Assembly: GCF_006345805.1 (NCBI RefSeq)
Contig: NC_043015.1
Span: forward strand, 44,392,001-44,456,000
From: Octopus sinensis
Lineage: Eukaryota
DNA length: 64,000 bases
Direction: 5' to 3'
Shown one piece after another: positions 39,215 through 53,238 of this stretch. The translations under genes and the position numbers were made by a program. The first letter of the stretch is position 1, and each line of letters begins with the position of its first letter. A model generated the notes under the pieces. That model saw only the letters and a list, made by a program, of their open reading frames with translations, was not told the origin of the DNA and searched no databases.

Positions 39215-42200
39215 CCTATAAACGTTTAGTTTCTACAAGTGCTCGGTACAATTAGTAAGTTAGTAAGAATAGGGGAATAACAAATGTTGAGAAAATAGAA
39301 GTACATTAGGTAAGCCAAAGATCATCAAAATAAATGTTCAGGCAATCTTAGTGACCGTATTTCCAGTGGAAATAGAAGTAACTTCAGGAAATATCGGCCA
39401 AATGCCAATACTCATATATTATCCCTGCTAAATTTTGCAAATAAATGTAAAGAATAAAACAACCGAAAGTAAAAACACAGTGTAATATACAATAAAGAAA
39501 TATCAGTTTCCAACATAATACAAACCGATTATTTACAAATTAAAACCATTTTTCTCCAGCCATTGAACTTATTGTATGTAAATAGTTTAAAATGGGTTTA
39601 GTGAATTTATATATTACATTCGTACCGTATTGACCAAGGTGAAAGTGATGGGAAAAAGCGATCATATATTTACTTGATGTTTGATATATAAACAAACGGT
39701 ATCAAAAACGAAAAGAAAATAATGTTAAATTCGGGTTCAGTTTGCATTAACCTTAAGTCATAGTGCAATAAACTGCGGGTATCCAATATTAGTTATAATT
39801 TAGTAGTTGGGAACACATTAGATTAAAGCAATGTCACGCGGTAAAATGAAGGGTTATAAATATTTGAGACGCTAAAATAACATTGATCGATGGAAGTTAT
39901 TGCAGATTCTCACATTTAATGGATACGTATATTACGATTGCAATAATAGATAGCAGGCAAGTGTTGGAAGTGTGTGGCAGAAGATCTAAGGGAAAAATTT
40001 ACACTTATTCGCAATGATGGAAGTAATGGAATGGGCCTAAAAGTAAGGTCTTACTGCATTGGAAGTTGTTGCTTTTCGTGAAATAATAAACTGAGGAACG
40101 TTATCTTTTAAATGGCGGCACGTATATCACGTATTTATTGCACATTTAGAGACGCTCACCGCATTATTTCATACATGCATGCTTGCATTCATAAATACAT
40201 ACATACATATACACATATATACATGCATACATATGCACAGACATGCATACATATGCACACACATGCATCTCTATGAATGCACGTGTGTGTATGTGGATAT
40301 ATACGTGCTTGTATATGTGTGTGTACCAGTATGAATTTGTGTGAGCATGCATGTATATATATATTATATATATATGCATATATATATATATATATAAATC
40401 CATGCGTTTAAAGTTCATATATATATATATATATATATACACATATGCTTGCACTCACTCTTTCACTCACACGTACACTCACACATGTATATATGCTTGG
40501 GTGTATGTCACTAAGTGTGTATATGTATCATCCTCCGTTACCAACGTGAATGGAATGTGGTAATGATTTCCAACTTTATTACTTCAATAACTCACATATG
40601 CAAACATATGTGTATACAAGCAAATACATAAATTTAAATGCACACACATACACACACACATACACACACACACACAAATATATTTCTTTGTAGTAAATAT
40701 TCGCTAATACATCCCTCCATTCATTGATAAATATATGTCGTGTATCGTGAATCCCGAATGTATTTCCATAATTATATATGCATGGAGCCTGGTCAGTTAT
40801 GTAACAAATATTATTTTCAGAAATAAGGGTCAGTGCAACTGATGAGTGATTTGTGAATTTGTCAATACTACATTAGAATTCAGTCATTGGCTGAAATGGT
40901 GAACGTAAATACCGCAGTATATTTCCTTTAAATTGCACGAAAAATAGACAAGCGGTAGTTATTTACGATTTATCAAATATTCATATACAATATAATATAT
41001 TTAAATGTGATGGGGACATCGATTGTGTATAACCACATTTTGTAATCAAAAAAATCTGTGAGTGAAAAAGGCGATTGACTGGAGCAGTTGCATTTTTGGT
41101 ATAGGGATACGTGAATCTGTGGATCTTTCTTTACAGCGAAAAATTTGGATGAACTATTGTTCAGGCTATAATAACTGACTTTAATGTTGCAGGCACTGAA
41201 AAACTTATTCCTTTTGCATTTGGTGGCTAGTACGTCTTTTATTTAATTTGAAAAGTCCTAATAGCATTAATAATAAAATTAGAAAATACGTGGCTAGTTA
41301 ACGGTAATGTACACTCTGTGAGATGGATTACACCATATGCCCTTGCTTTTTCTAAGCGTTCTCCAACGTGGAGCGATATTTCTGATCTATCTCAGAAAAG
41401 GAAATATGCGATATGGCCAGTCTCTGCTGATGAGGCTCATGCTAGTAGTGGATTCAATAGGAATTTATTTTATAAAGAAAGCATTTCAACTATTCTACAA
41501 AAGAAGACGTCAATTTAGATGACATTTTACGCATATTGGTGGATTAACAATTCCAGAAGCATATCGTAAGCTTCCAAATGCATATGACAATAAAATCAGT
41601 AAAACTGCCAGAAAAGCATCACAGATTAAACCCTACAGAAAAATCCATGCGTTTAAAGTTCATCTGTCGTCCTATTCAAAACACAACAGTAGACATAAAT
41701 CTAACCGCCGATTTAAGACTATCGCCTTAAGATTTTCTATCTTACTGAAAGAGATATATACAGAATATTCTGAGTCGATATTAAACTCTTGGACGGCATT
41801 ATAAATTATCATATGAGACATACTAAAGACGTTTTCAAGTACCGTTGCTAATAATATTTATACTGTTTTAGTTCAGTGAGGAGAGAAAATCCCCCTCCTC
41901 TGATTCGAATTATCCGGGCAGTGAGACGCCAGAGATCTAGTCATCCTTCAATTACGAGCGAAATATTCGACAGCTCTATTATGTATTCTAATGGATTAGC
42001 TGATTTTACTTTACGGCTGTCAGACATGTCACAAATATTAAATATATAGTGATATCCCTCTTCTATATGATCGAAAAATTATCATCAAACTGATGCTTTC
42101 GCTGGACCTTTTGCATGCAAATTTGAAAGCTCCATTCGGAATGAGTGCAACAAGTAGTATTAAAATCATATGAATATTATCATATAAACGCTTTTGCATC

Positions 42201-42478
42201 TGATTTTATATCTGGATTCAATACCCTCCGGTTCATTCTAATTATTAACAGTTTAATTGGCTTGCTCTCATTCTGCAACAGATTCAACTATGAGAACTCG
42301 CGTGACCAATTACAGAACCTTCACTAGTCACGCGTAACTGCCTACTTTACTAACGCTTTTCATTAATAGTACCATCTTACTTTATTCACTAAACAACATA
42401 AGAGAATATATGAAACTGCGAGTACGAATTCAGAATAAAAAATCGTGTATTTATAATGTATAATCTGTGCAATTAGTA

Positions 42479-43357
42479 CGAGGGGATACCGAAAAGTTAC
42501 AGGAAACGTTCTCTGTGAGACAAGCCAGTTGTAGTTCAGGTTCCCGCCGCTGGAAGTAGCTTGATGCGACCTTTCGGCATTAATCTGCTGATCGGCGTCA
42601 GCTGTTAGGGTCGTACTGCCACGTAATGCATATTTGTTTTGCAGTTCCTCTCCCCTGTTTGTCGACTTCAGCGATGGCTTAAACGAAGGAACAACGTGCT
42701 TCCGTGAAATTCTGTTTTTTGCTGGGGAAAACGGCGCCCGAAACAGTTGTTATGCCGGACACTACCATGAGCAAAGCACAAGTTTACGAGTGGTTTTCAC
42801 GCTTGAGGAATGGTCACTTGTCGCTTGAAGATCAACCATTTGCAAGGCCATCAGCGACCTCTTGAACAAAGGCAAACATCACAAACATTCATGAACTAAT
42901 CATGGAGGACCATCACCGAAACAACCGACGAACTTGTTGATGCCTAATGTGCCCTTGAGCTTCTGCCAGCGAATTTTGAGCGCGGAATTCCGAATGGAAA
43001 GAGTTGTAGAAACGTTTGTGCTTCACTTGTTCACAGAAGATCAAGTGCAGTCACGATTGAATGCGTGTTGTGAAGTCAAAGAACTGTTGAAAGTTGATAT
43101 TGCTGCCTGCGACGTTTTTTTTTTTGTTACCCTGAATGAACAAAGTCCTTAAAGGAAAACGTTTTGCAGATGTGGAAGATGAGAGGGAAAAACAGAGAGA
43201 AGCGTTAAAAGGCAACACTTCGCACAGTGGAAGTCCCGTCTGGACCGAAGCGTTACTTCAAATGGATAATATACTGAAGGCGATAAAAATGTAAGCATGT
43301 AAAATTAAATGAATAAAATAATAGTCAAAATTCTGGTTTCTTTTGGTTACTCTGTCG
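42479..43357 (+). mobile_element. Internally deleted, degenerate mariner transposon
   Basis: TA|CGAGGGG...TGTCG|TA ends; remnants of the N-terminal HTH region (QVYEWF, CQRILS) joined to the C-terminus (VLKGKRFADVE); many frameshifts. Confidence 0.75.
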
Positions 43358-44545
43358 TACATACAAAAGTATGGGGAATACATATTGCTGAAACTTATCT
43401 AAAACCAAAAACGAAAAGTGGCCAATGACACTGCACACACTCTTAACATTTATTGAAGACTATCCATACTCCAAACGGAATGTTTCTACCATATCACTAA
43501 CCAAAATTACGAAATTTGCACAACTCAAGGTGTTGTTAACTTGAAAATGTCACGTAATTAAGACTATCTACAGTACGGACAGGATTAGAAACGGCTTTCA
43601 TAAGCATATTTAATTCAGTATTTAGCATAATAGTTAACACTAACCAAATCATAACTGTGCTTCTTTGAGTGTGTGTGTGTGTGTGTGTGTATGTGTGCAC
43701 GCGCATGTGTGTGTGTGTTTGAGTGTGTGTATGTGGTGGAAAGGTTGTGTGTGCCTCTGAAGGCATATATCTGTAGCCTGCTCGAGTAGTTAATTCGCAA
43801 ATATTTCGGATACTTTTTACTGTGTCATTGCCTACAAAAGTGCAAACAGTTTTAATGCCACCACTTAACGTCCGGGATATTTTTGACTTATACTATATCA
43901 CGCACATCAACTCGTTTATCCATACACTCATCCAACAGATCTGAATACATGCTCGTGTGCCTATCATAATATTTCACAGCTATACCAAATGGTATTTTCC
44001 TGCAGCGTATAATGTTGTATTTTTGCCGAATTTTTGTTGATTTTTGTCGTAACCAATATGGTTCTTTCACAAATATTCCTGCTGTTTTCCACTTGTTTTC
44101 GTATTTTATGAGTGAAAAAAATATTTACTGTTTTTCATAGACATAAAAAGATAATATGAAATAAATGAAAATATGAACGAAATAAGAATTAAAAAAAAAA
44201 GCCCAAAAAAAAGCCAAAATATTAAACGTCATCGTCTTAGATATTTTCACTTCCATCTCACACAATGTTGAGCAGCTGAACATTTTCAGTAAGATACAAA
44301 CATGGAGTTAATTGACGAAATTATTTTTAGATTTATAATGACAATTGTTACAAAAAAAAACCATTAAAAAATAAGAGAAATAAAACCCCAACATAAAAAG
44401 ACATGAAATATGAAAGTATTGAATTTCTTATTTTCTGTAGATGATGATTGTTGTACTCGTTATTAGCGTTTAGTCGCTTTAGAGATTCCATGCCATTCAT
44501 TGGTGAAGAGCAATTCCACTTCATGAGTGGAATAACGCCTTTGTG

Positions 44546-44547
<2 letters not shown>

Positions 44548-44593
<46 letters not shown>

Positions 44594-44601
44594 CATTATT
44601 A

Positions 44602-44632
<31 letters not shown>

Positions 44633-44658
44633 AATTATTATTATTATTATCATTATTA

Positions 44659-44699
<41 letters not shown>

Positions 44700-44742
44700 A
44701 TTATTATCATTATTATTATTATTATTATTATTATCATTATTA

Positions 44743-44785
<43 letters not shown>

Positions 44786-44896
44786 CATTATTATCATTAT
44801 TTATTATTATTTATTATTATTATTATTATTATCATTATTATTATTAATTATTATTATTATTATATTATTATTGTTATTATTATTATTATCATTTTA

Positions 44897-44931
<35 letters not shown>

Positions 44932-45136
44932 GTTATTATTATTATTTATTATTATTATTTTATTATTATTATTGTTATTATTATTATATTATTATTATCA
45001 TCATCATCATCATCATCATCATTATTATTATTGTTGTCGTTGTTGTTGCTGCTGTTGTTGTAAACTGTCTTTGTCGTCGTCATCATCATTCTTATCATCA
45101 TCGTCGTCATCATCATTATTGTTATTATTTTCATTA

Positions 45137-45200
<64 letters not shown>

Positions 45201-45344
45201 GTTGTTGTTGTTCTTGTTGTTGTTATTGTTGCTGCTGCTGCTGTTGTTGTAACTCTTTGTCATCGGCATCATCATCATCATCATCTTTATTGATATTATT
45301 TTCATTATTCTTATTATTACTATTATTCTTATTATTCTTATTAT

Positions 45345-45404
<60 letters not shown>

Positions 45405-45450
45405 CCTCATTATTATTATTATTATTATCATAATTATTATTATCATAGGT
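44548..45450. repeat. ~900-bp (ATT)/(ATC)/(GTT) triplet mosaic
   Basis: Read directly from sequence; source of the poly-I/L/Y/N ORFs. Confidence 0.97.
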
Positions 45451-46984
45451 AGTAATAGTAGTTGTAGTTGTAGTGATAGTGGTAGTGCTTATATTGCTAT
45501 TTTTGTTGTTGTTGTTATTGCTATTTTTCGTCGCTTCTTCTTGATGGAGTGATGCGCTTTCTTTCCGTTTTCCTTTTTCGCTTTCCACAGCACCTGTTTA
45601 TCAGCAGAAATCTGTTTAGTGATGCGATTATCGGATTAACTCCCCAGTATTTTCATTCATTGAGTACAACAAGTATTCATTTTCGTAAATATTTATCAGT
45701 TTATTAATCACTTCAACATCACAACAAATTCACGTCAGCAATGTGAAAGACGATGAAGAAAAGAATGAAAAATCGAACGTTTACTGTTGGCATTTTCTAT
45801 ATTTGTTAAATTCATTCCATTTTACTTGTGTTATTATTTGCTATCTCAATTTAGCTTTTAGTGTTGTTTCCTTTACAAAAATAAAAAATTTTAAAAAAAG
45901 ATACTAAATTGAGAAATTGTTAGCTTGTGTCTGTGAAACGCCATGTATTACTCACGAAATCATGTTATATTCTCAGACAGTTTCTTTTTCCTTCCTTCTC
46001 GTATGAAAACCTCATCAGATGTTTTATTTGCGTGCAACATTTTATCAATTATTTCGTGTTGTTCTTTCCTTTAGATTTCTTAAATCGTTCTAGAAAAAAA
46101 CTATCCTGATAGTTTTTGGTATTTTTAAGCATGCCGATCGTATTGCCGCAGGCGAGCTGGATTTAAACAATGAAAAAAAACTCTAAGGACGAACCTTAAA
46201 AAAACAAATGAGGACAGGAAATTGGATTGACATTAAAACAAATTATATTTAGTTATGAATTACAAGTTGCGTTGGGTATAAATCGGTAAATAACGAGGTA
46301 CATCTGGAAAATTACTGCGTCATTTTTTAAAATTTTAACCAGCTAACTCGTTATATGTCACAAAACTATTTTCGAATTAACACTTATTTCCAATTTCTCA
46401 ACGGCGCCTACTGTTGTAAATTTTCTTTTTATTACAAGTCTCATGTAAACCACGTTTGCGAACCATCGATTCATTGTATATTTAATTGCAATCGAGTAGA
46501 TCATAACACTAAAATTGACTGAATATGGTATACACTGCCGACATTTCTTCTTACTAGCCAGTACAAGTGTTAGTAAGTGTTCCATTACAAGTGTATAGTT
46601 TTTTGTTATACATTCTGGCATATCTTAAAAGGTAGGATTTTGAATGTAGATCGCTGAAAGGAACAAGGGTGTAGGAAAACAATTTTATATTTATAAGACA
46701 CATCAGGTTTAACAAAAGAATTAAACTATGTATAATTTCACATACATAGACGCACAAAATTATATATACGTATGTACGTGTGTGCGTGTGTGAGTGTGTG
46801 TGTGAGTGTGTGTGTGTGTGTCCATGTGTGTGAGAGTTTGTGTGCGCTAAATTCAAATTATTGTTTGTAGCAAATGTAAAACAACAGTGGAATATTTAAT
46901 GATGGGACGTTTAAATCAGAAATACACAGTTTAAAATACAATTCATAGAAAAAATCTTGTTTGTTAGGGATACAGAATATGTGT

Positions 46985-47056
<72 letters not shown>

Positions 47057-47078
47057 GATATATATATATATACAGAGA

Positions 47079-47127
<49 letters not shown>

Positions 47128-47919
47128 GAACAAAAGCATTCAAGATGTTACTATTGTTAATATCATCTGCGGCAAATATTTTTTAATTGATAACATTAAC
47201 ATCTGTAACGTAGGCGGTTCATCATGTCTAATAGCATTACATAGCTATAAAATTTACGGTTAGTCCAAGGCATGAGGATGCGGAAAAAGCATCGAACTGT
47301 TTAGAAATAGAAGCTAAATTCCTAATTTAACATATAAATACATTCATGTGTACAGATAGACAGTCAGAGAATTAGGTAGAGAGCTACATACGTTCATATA
47401 TACATATATACACGCATGCATACATATAATAAATACATACACATACTCTTTCTCTCTCATTCTCGCTGTCGCGCTCTCTCAGATGTATTCACACACACAC
47501 ACACAATCTTTGGATTTATTAATGTTTTTCCTTTGCAGAATTACTATCAGTCCTTCACAAAATCCAAGGATCATCAATTGAAGCGAACACAGCTCCTGAC
47601 GTGTGTTGTGAAAGTTTGGTTGCATGGTGATAAATATCCACTCGAATAGTAGGTGGGCTTGTCACTTTTTTGCTTATGTATGTGTGCGCGTCTATTCCAT
47701 AAGTGTATCTGAGTGAATGCTTGTCTTCACTAAGCCGCTTGAAATGGTAAATCCTTGAAATGCTTTATAGACTTTTAATCTAACTCTAATCCATAGTACA
47801 TAGACAATGCGAATCAATCTGTCTTCTTTTTATTTGTGGAACCTTTGTATTTCTAGTTTTTCGTTGTTGTTGCTGCATAACTCATTCTACCTATGATAAC
47901 AGGTACAAATAGAAATCTA

Positions 47920-48485
47920 TTGGATTGTCCGGAAAGTTCGTGCCGATTTATAGTAGCTTACATTTTGACTTATTTTAGAACATGGCTGAGTCCATAAAAT
48001 AGGATTTGACTACACCTCCATTAAGATCACAGTATAAGCTATCTTTTCGTGGAAGAAGAATTATGTTCCTATAACCTGTGTTAATTTTGTAACTCTTTAA
48101 AATGGAAGATAAGAAAGATCATTTTCGGCACTTGATGCTTTGGCAACCAGAAAAAAATTGCTGCAGCTCGGCTGGGTTGTGTTACCCCTCCCTCCATATT
48201 CACCAGATGTTGCTCCTTCGGATTTCCACTTATTCAGGTCTCTGCAGAATAGTCTTAAGCGTAAAAATTTCAATTCCTTGGATGATGTAAAAAGATACCT
48301 TGATGAATTCTGTGCCATGAAACCACCTCAATTCTGGGAAGAGGGTATTTTCAAGTTAAAGGAAAGATGGAGACGCATTGTGCAACAAAATGGTTCATAT
48401 TTAGTTGATTAAAAATGTAATAGCAAGTATTTATTGGCCTTTTTCTTTCCTTTAAAAATCGGCACGAACTTTCCGGACAACCTAA
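47920..48485 (+). mobile_element. Non-autonomous mariner deletion derivative
   Basis: 30-bp TIR TTGGATTGTCCGGAAAGTTCGTGCCGATTT with TA flanks; MEDKKDHFRHLML joined to LLQLGWVVLPLPPYSPDVAPSDFHLFRSLQNSL...WRRIVQQNGSYLVD. Confidence 0.93.
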
Positions 48486-49159
48486 TATATTCTTGATGTG
48501 ACAATTGTGAGTTTCTATTTGTCCTCTATCTTCGTTCTCCTGTTCTCCAATTTGTGACAAGAGATTCACATTTACCAGATCGATAATCTCTACAACAGTT
48601 GATGGTTTGGGTTCCTAATATTACCAACGCTGGTTTATTATTATCTTTATTAGAAAGTTCCTCCAGTGTCTTTTCATTTTTATATGTGTATATAATTTCG
48701 GTTCCGTTTAACATTTCTTATGGCCGTGGGGATAATGTTTCCACTGTATAGCAATGGCAGATGTTTTGATACAGTACCAGGTCTTATGGTGAGGTAATAA
48801 ATATGACGCTGATATCTTTCGATATCTACTGGTAATATGCTCCACGATACCATGGCAGACGAGAGCAGTTACCCTCAAAAGTAGGGAGGGATTTAGAGGA
48901 TTCCTTATCTCTTTCGTTAAAGAGCCATTAACTGTTATCGTCTGCTAATTGACTGCAACTTCGCAAATTCGCAGCCGTCTAGATCAGATATGATGTGATT
49001 AACACAAATCCAGGTGTTCAACTACTCTTAGTTTGTATAGAGGACTGTACATTCTGAGTACCAGTTCTGGAGTTCTATACGCGAATTTATATATGTGTAT
49101 GTATGTATGTGTATACACACACACACACATATACATATATATGTATCTGTGTATGCATG

Positions 49160-49207
<48 letters not shown>

Positions 49208-49963
49208 GTATGTGTGCCTGTGTGTATGTGACTGTACGCGTATGAATGAGTCCATGTACGTATGTATGTATGTAGACATGTTTGTGTGTATGTGTATATG
49301 TGTGTGAGTGCGTGTGAGTGTGTGTACGCGCGCTAGGCATCTTGCTTCACGATAAAAAAAAACTTGCTTAAGCAGTGACAAAGCCATTGTTACAAATATC
49401 CCTTTGTCGTAAGACATCAGATTAAAATATTTATCTCACTTTTCCTCAGCATTCAGCATCTAACAGCTAGCAAGTAAAATGAATCCTTAAAAAATAAACC
49501 CAGTTTGGTTATCTGTTTGATATTCTTCCATTTAGAATTTGAACTGCGCGTATAAAACTAGCGAATCATTTGCCAATCTCTGAATGCTAATGAAAATGAA
49601 AAGCAGCGAAGTACACCGGATGTCGAGAAGTAAAAATTGTACGTCGTGCGACAAACCCGATATCTGAGTAAAATGCATCTACCCCTTCACTTTCAATTGC
49701 TTTCCCCTTAGTCTTCAGATTCTAATTTAAAGAAGCTATTTTCAATATATGGAAAATAAGTTGTTCTTTTTTGTGTGAGGAATTACGTTTGTTCCTTGTT
49801 TAAGTCATTGAAAGGATTTAATGAAACAAATTGGCTCCAGTGATTCTATTATTTTCTAAGGTCTGGTACTTGTTCTATCGGTATTTTCCTAACCACTGAA
49901 TTACATGACGCAATTAAACGAACACTGTTTGTGGGTGACAAACACAAAGACACACCCATGTAT

Positions 49964-50030
<67 letters not shown>

Positions 50031-50031
<1 letters not shown>

Positions 50032-51031
50032 TAGCAGTATCGCACGGCGTTGCTCGGGTTTGTAAGGGAAATAACTATATAAGCATTTTTAGAGAGTTAC
50101 TTCCTTTATAGATGCCAATTCGGGCTTTCTTAGCCATTTCTGTTTTGGTGTCTTCAAGCCATGAAGTCGTTGTTCTAAAAGAACGCTGGTCTCCTTGACA
50201 ACGCATTACGACGTTGATTTCTTTACACTCCCTTCCCCACAGCTTCACGAGGGAGGGAAGGGGGAGAAGCAAACAGGTGCAGCTGTGAGCGTGGACGCCA
50301 ACTCCACCGTCATCGACACACGAAAAATTATGCATTAAAATGGAATAAAAAATTATGTTAAATTATTTTTAAAATCGTAGACTCATCGTTGACGCGCGCT
50401 AATACTCAGACGGGCTCGATATTAATCACGACTATAAGATACCCGAATTTGGTTAAACTGCACCGCAAAATGTGGGAGGAGTTAGGAATTTAAATCCTAG
50501 GGGACAGACACTCACACAACTAGAGTTTTATATATACTAGCAGTATCGCCCGGCGTTGCTCGGTTTGTAAGGGAAATAACTATATAAGCATTTTTAGAGA
50601 GTTACTTCCCTTATAGATGCCAATTCGGGCTTTCTTAGCCATTTCTGTTTTGGTGTCTTCAAGCCATCAAGTCGTTGTTCTAAAAGAACGCTGGTCTCCT
50701 TGACAACGCTTTACGACGTTGATTTCCTTACACTCCCTTCCCCACAGCTTCACGAGGGAGGGAAGAAGGGGGAGAAGCAAACAGGTGCAGGTGTGACCAT
50801 GGACGCCAACTCCGCCGCCATCGACACACGAAAAATTATGCATTAAAATGGAATAAAAATGATGTTAAATTATTTTTAAAATCGTAGACTCATCGTAGAC
50901 GCGCGCTAATACTCAGACGGGCTCGATATTAATCACGACTATAAGATACCCGAATTTGGTTAAACTGCACCGCAAAATGTGGGAGGAGTTAGGAATCTAA
51001 ATCGAAGGGGACAGACACTCACACAACTACA

Positions 51032-51040
<9 letters not shown>
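50031..51040 (+). mobile_element. Head-to-tail dimer of a ~506-bp Helitron/Helentron-type non-autonomous element
   Basis: Units start CTAGCAGTATCGC at 50031 and 50537; near-terminal CCCG...CGGG hairpin; end GGGACAGACACTCACACAACTA..GTTTTATATAT; within (TA)n. Confidence 0.65.
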
Positions 51041-51076
<36 letters not shown>

Positions 51077-51077
<1 letters not shown>

Positions 51078-51323
51078 CTTTTTAGTCTTTTATTTGTTTC
51101 AAGCATTTGACTGTGGCCATGCTGGAGCACCACCTTTATTCCAGCAAATCGACCAAAGGACTTATTCTTTGGATGCCTAGTACTTATTCTATAGGTCTCT
51201 TTTGCCGAACCGCTAAGTTACGTGGTCGTAAACACACCACCATCGGTTGTCAAGCGATGTTGGTGGGCGGACAAACACAGACACACAAACATACATACAT
51301 ACACACACACCACACACGCATAC

Positions 51324-51367
<44 letters not shown>

Positions 51368-51503
51368 GATGCGCTTCTTTCAGTCTCCGTCTAACAAATT
51401 CACTCACAAGGCTTTGGTCGGCCCGAGGTTATAGTAGAAGACACTTGCCCGGAACCATGTAGTTGGTAAGCAAGCTACTTACCACACAGCCACATGCTGC
51501 ACC
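51077..51503 (-). mobile_element. SINE family B
   Basis: Reverse complement of the family B sequence. Confidence 0.85.
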
Positions 51504-51542
<39 letters not shown>

Positions 51543-51599
51543 TTATGTGTGTGGGGGTTTATATAAACAGATACATAGATAAATATATCTCTTATGTTT

Positions 51600-51961
51600 T
51601 ACTTTTTTCAGTCACTACGCTTCGGCCATTTTAGTGGAAAGAACCGACCTCAGTATTTCCTTTTAAAGCCTGCTACTTATTCTATCTTTCTCTCTGTTGC
51701 TGAATCGCTAAATTATGGGGATGCACTACACACCAAAACCGGTTATAAAGCTGTGTTGAGTGGAGTGGGTCAAACTAACGCAAAGACACATGTGCATAAA
51801 TACACAGGCGCACACATGCACGCACGAACGCAGGCACGCATACACATATACGAGGGGCATCTTTCAGTTTCCGTCGACCAATTCCACTAAGACTACAAAA
51901 CGCAGTGGACTGAACCCGTAACCGTGTTTCTAAAAGTAACCTTGCACCACCACACAGCCAC
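51600..51961 (-). mobile_element. SINE family B, old diverged copy
   Basis: Recognisable CTTTCAGTTTCCGTC, GAACCCG and CACACAGCCAC blocks. Confidence 0.6.
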
Positions 51962-51974
51962 GTATGTATATATA

Positions 51975-52021
<47 letters not shown>

Positions 52022-52060
52022 CTATATACATATATACATATATACATATATATATATATA

Positions 52061-53238
52061 TCCTTAAAATCCTTAAAAATGTTTTAGCCCGAAGGCCGCG
52101 GCCATGCTGGGGCTCCACCGCTGAATGAGCTACACTAGTTTGTGAATCCACCTCTGATACGTGGCACTTGATCAACAAGGGAGTTCGATGCTGCTGCCCG
52201 CATCCCTGTCTCCTGTCGTGAGGTAGGTTCATCTGGGACTCCCAACAAGAAGAGATCCAGCTTAGTTTTAAAGAAACCCACATCCACACCATGTAAGTCT
52301 CTCAGGCATTTAGGGAGGATGTTAAAGAGCTGTGGTCCTCTGAAACCCAAGCTGTTGCAGTATCTGGACCTGTATTTTGATGGTGATGTTGGAATCCTTG
52401 GCACCACGCAGCGGCGCCCCGTTCTGCGGTTGGAGTAACTTTGAATGCTAAAGTTTGGGACAGACCTCCAGGATTTTTCAGATGTATATCACTGCATATC
52501 TCTCCCACCTCCGCTCCAGGAGAAGAGGTTTAATACCTTCAGTCTTTCCCAGTAGCTGACATTTTGCATTGAGACGATTTTCTTTGTGTAGCTTCTCTGG
52601 GTTGCTTCGAGTTCTGCTGTTTGTTTTATATTGTGTGGTGACCAAAGTTGGGAGCAGTAGTCCAAGCGGCTGAGGACGAATGTTTTCCATACGACCATCA
52701 GTGTCTCCTTCTCTCTTGTTCTGAAAGTTCGGAGAATCCATCCAGCTAGCCGTCTGCATTTTATCACCAGATTAGCAATATGCATTTGGAAAGATGCATC
52801 ATTGCTCATGTCAATGCCCAGGTCACGCACTGATTTTGACTCAGGGATTGCAATTCTTCCTGGACCAGTGTATCCAGTCTTCACGTCATTTACCTTTGTG
52901 TGCCAGTAGCGCAGGGCCTGGACTTACCTGCATTAAACTGCATGTTGTTGTCCTCAGCCCACCTGTATATTGTCGTCAGCTCATGTTGCAGATGCGCAAT
53001 ATTTTCAGGGTTTTGTATTGCGTGGGAGACTTTTGTGTCATCTGCATAGCTAGCAAGGGTGGTCATCGTAGCAACTGAAGGCATGTCTGAAAGGGCCACT
53101 ATGAACATCATGGCCCAAGACAGTGCCCTGTGGGACACCGCTTGTTATTTGCGTTTCCTTGGAGGTGGCTCCATTGCTCACAACTGCCTGTTTTCTGTCT
53201 TTTAGGAAGTTGTGCAGCCACTCTCCAAGTTTCCCGCC
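52061..53238 (-). mobile_element. CR1-group LINE, 5'-truncated, RT domain to 3' end (pseudogenised ORF2)
   Basis: [82 protein letters not shown]; (TTTTAAGGA)n-type tail. Confidence 0.93.

Noticed and set aside
41425-41465. CTGATGAGGCTCAT as a hammerhead or snoRNA box
   Set aside because: No GAAA or closing stems, and no convincing C/D box pair.
42299-42334. CGCGTGAC...GTCACGCG inverted repeat
   Set aside because: Only an 8-bp stem with a 20-nt loop, which is plausible by chance in 64 kb.
44448-45293. 281-aa ORF, the longest in the track, plus the many YI/CV/TH/poly-N ORFs
   Set aside because: These are translations of stop-free frames in microsatellites; there is no coding evidence.
48500-48720. 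Minus-strand ORF MLNGTEII...NCCRDYRSGKC as a LINE endonuclease or PLE zinc-finger fossil
   Set aside because: The resemblance is too weak to choose a family by eye; a profile search is needed.
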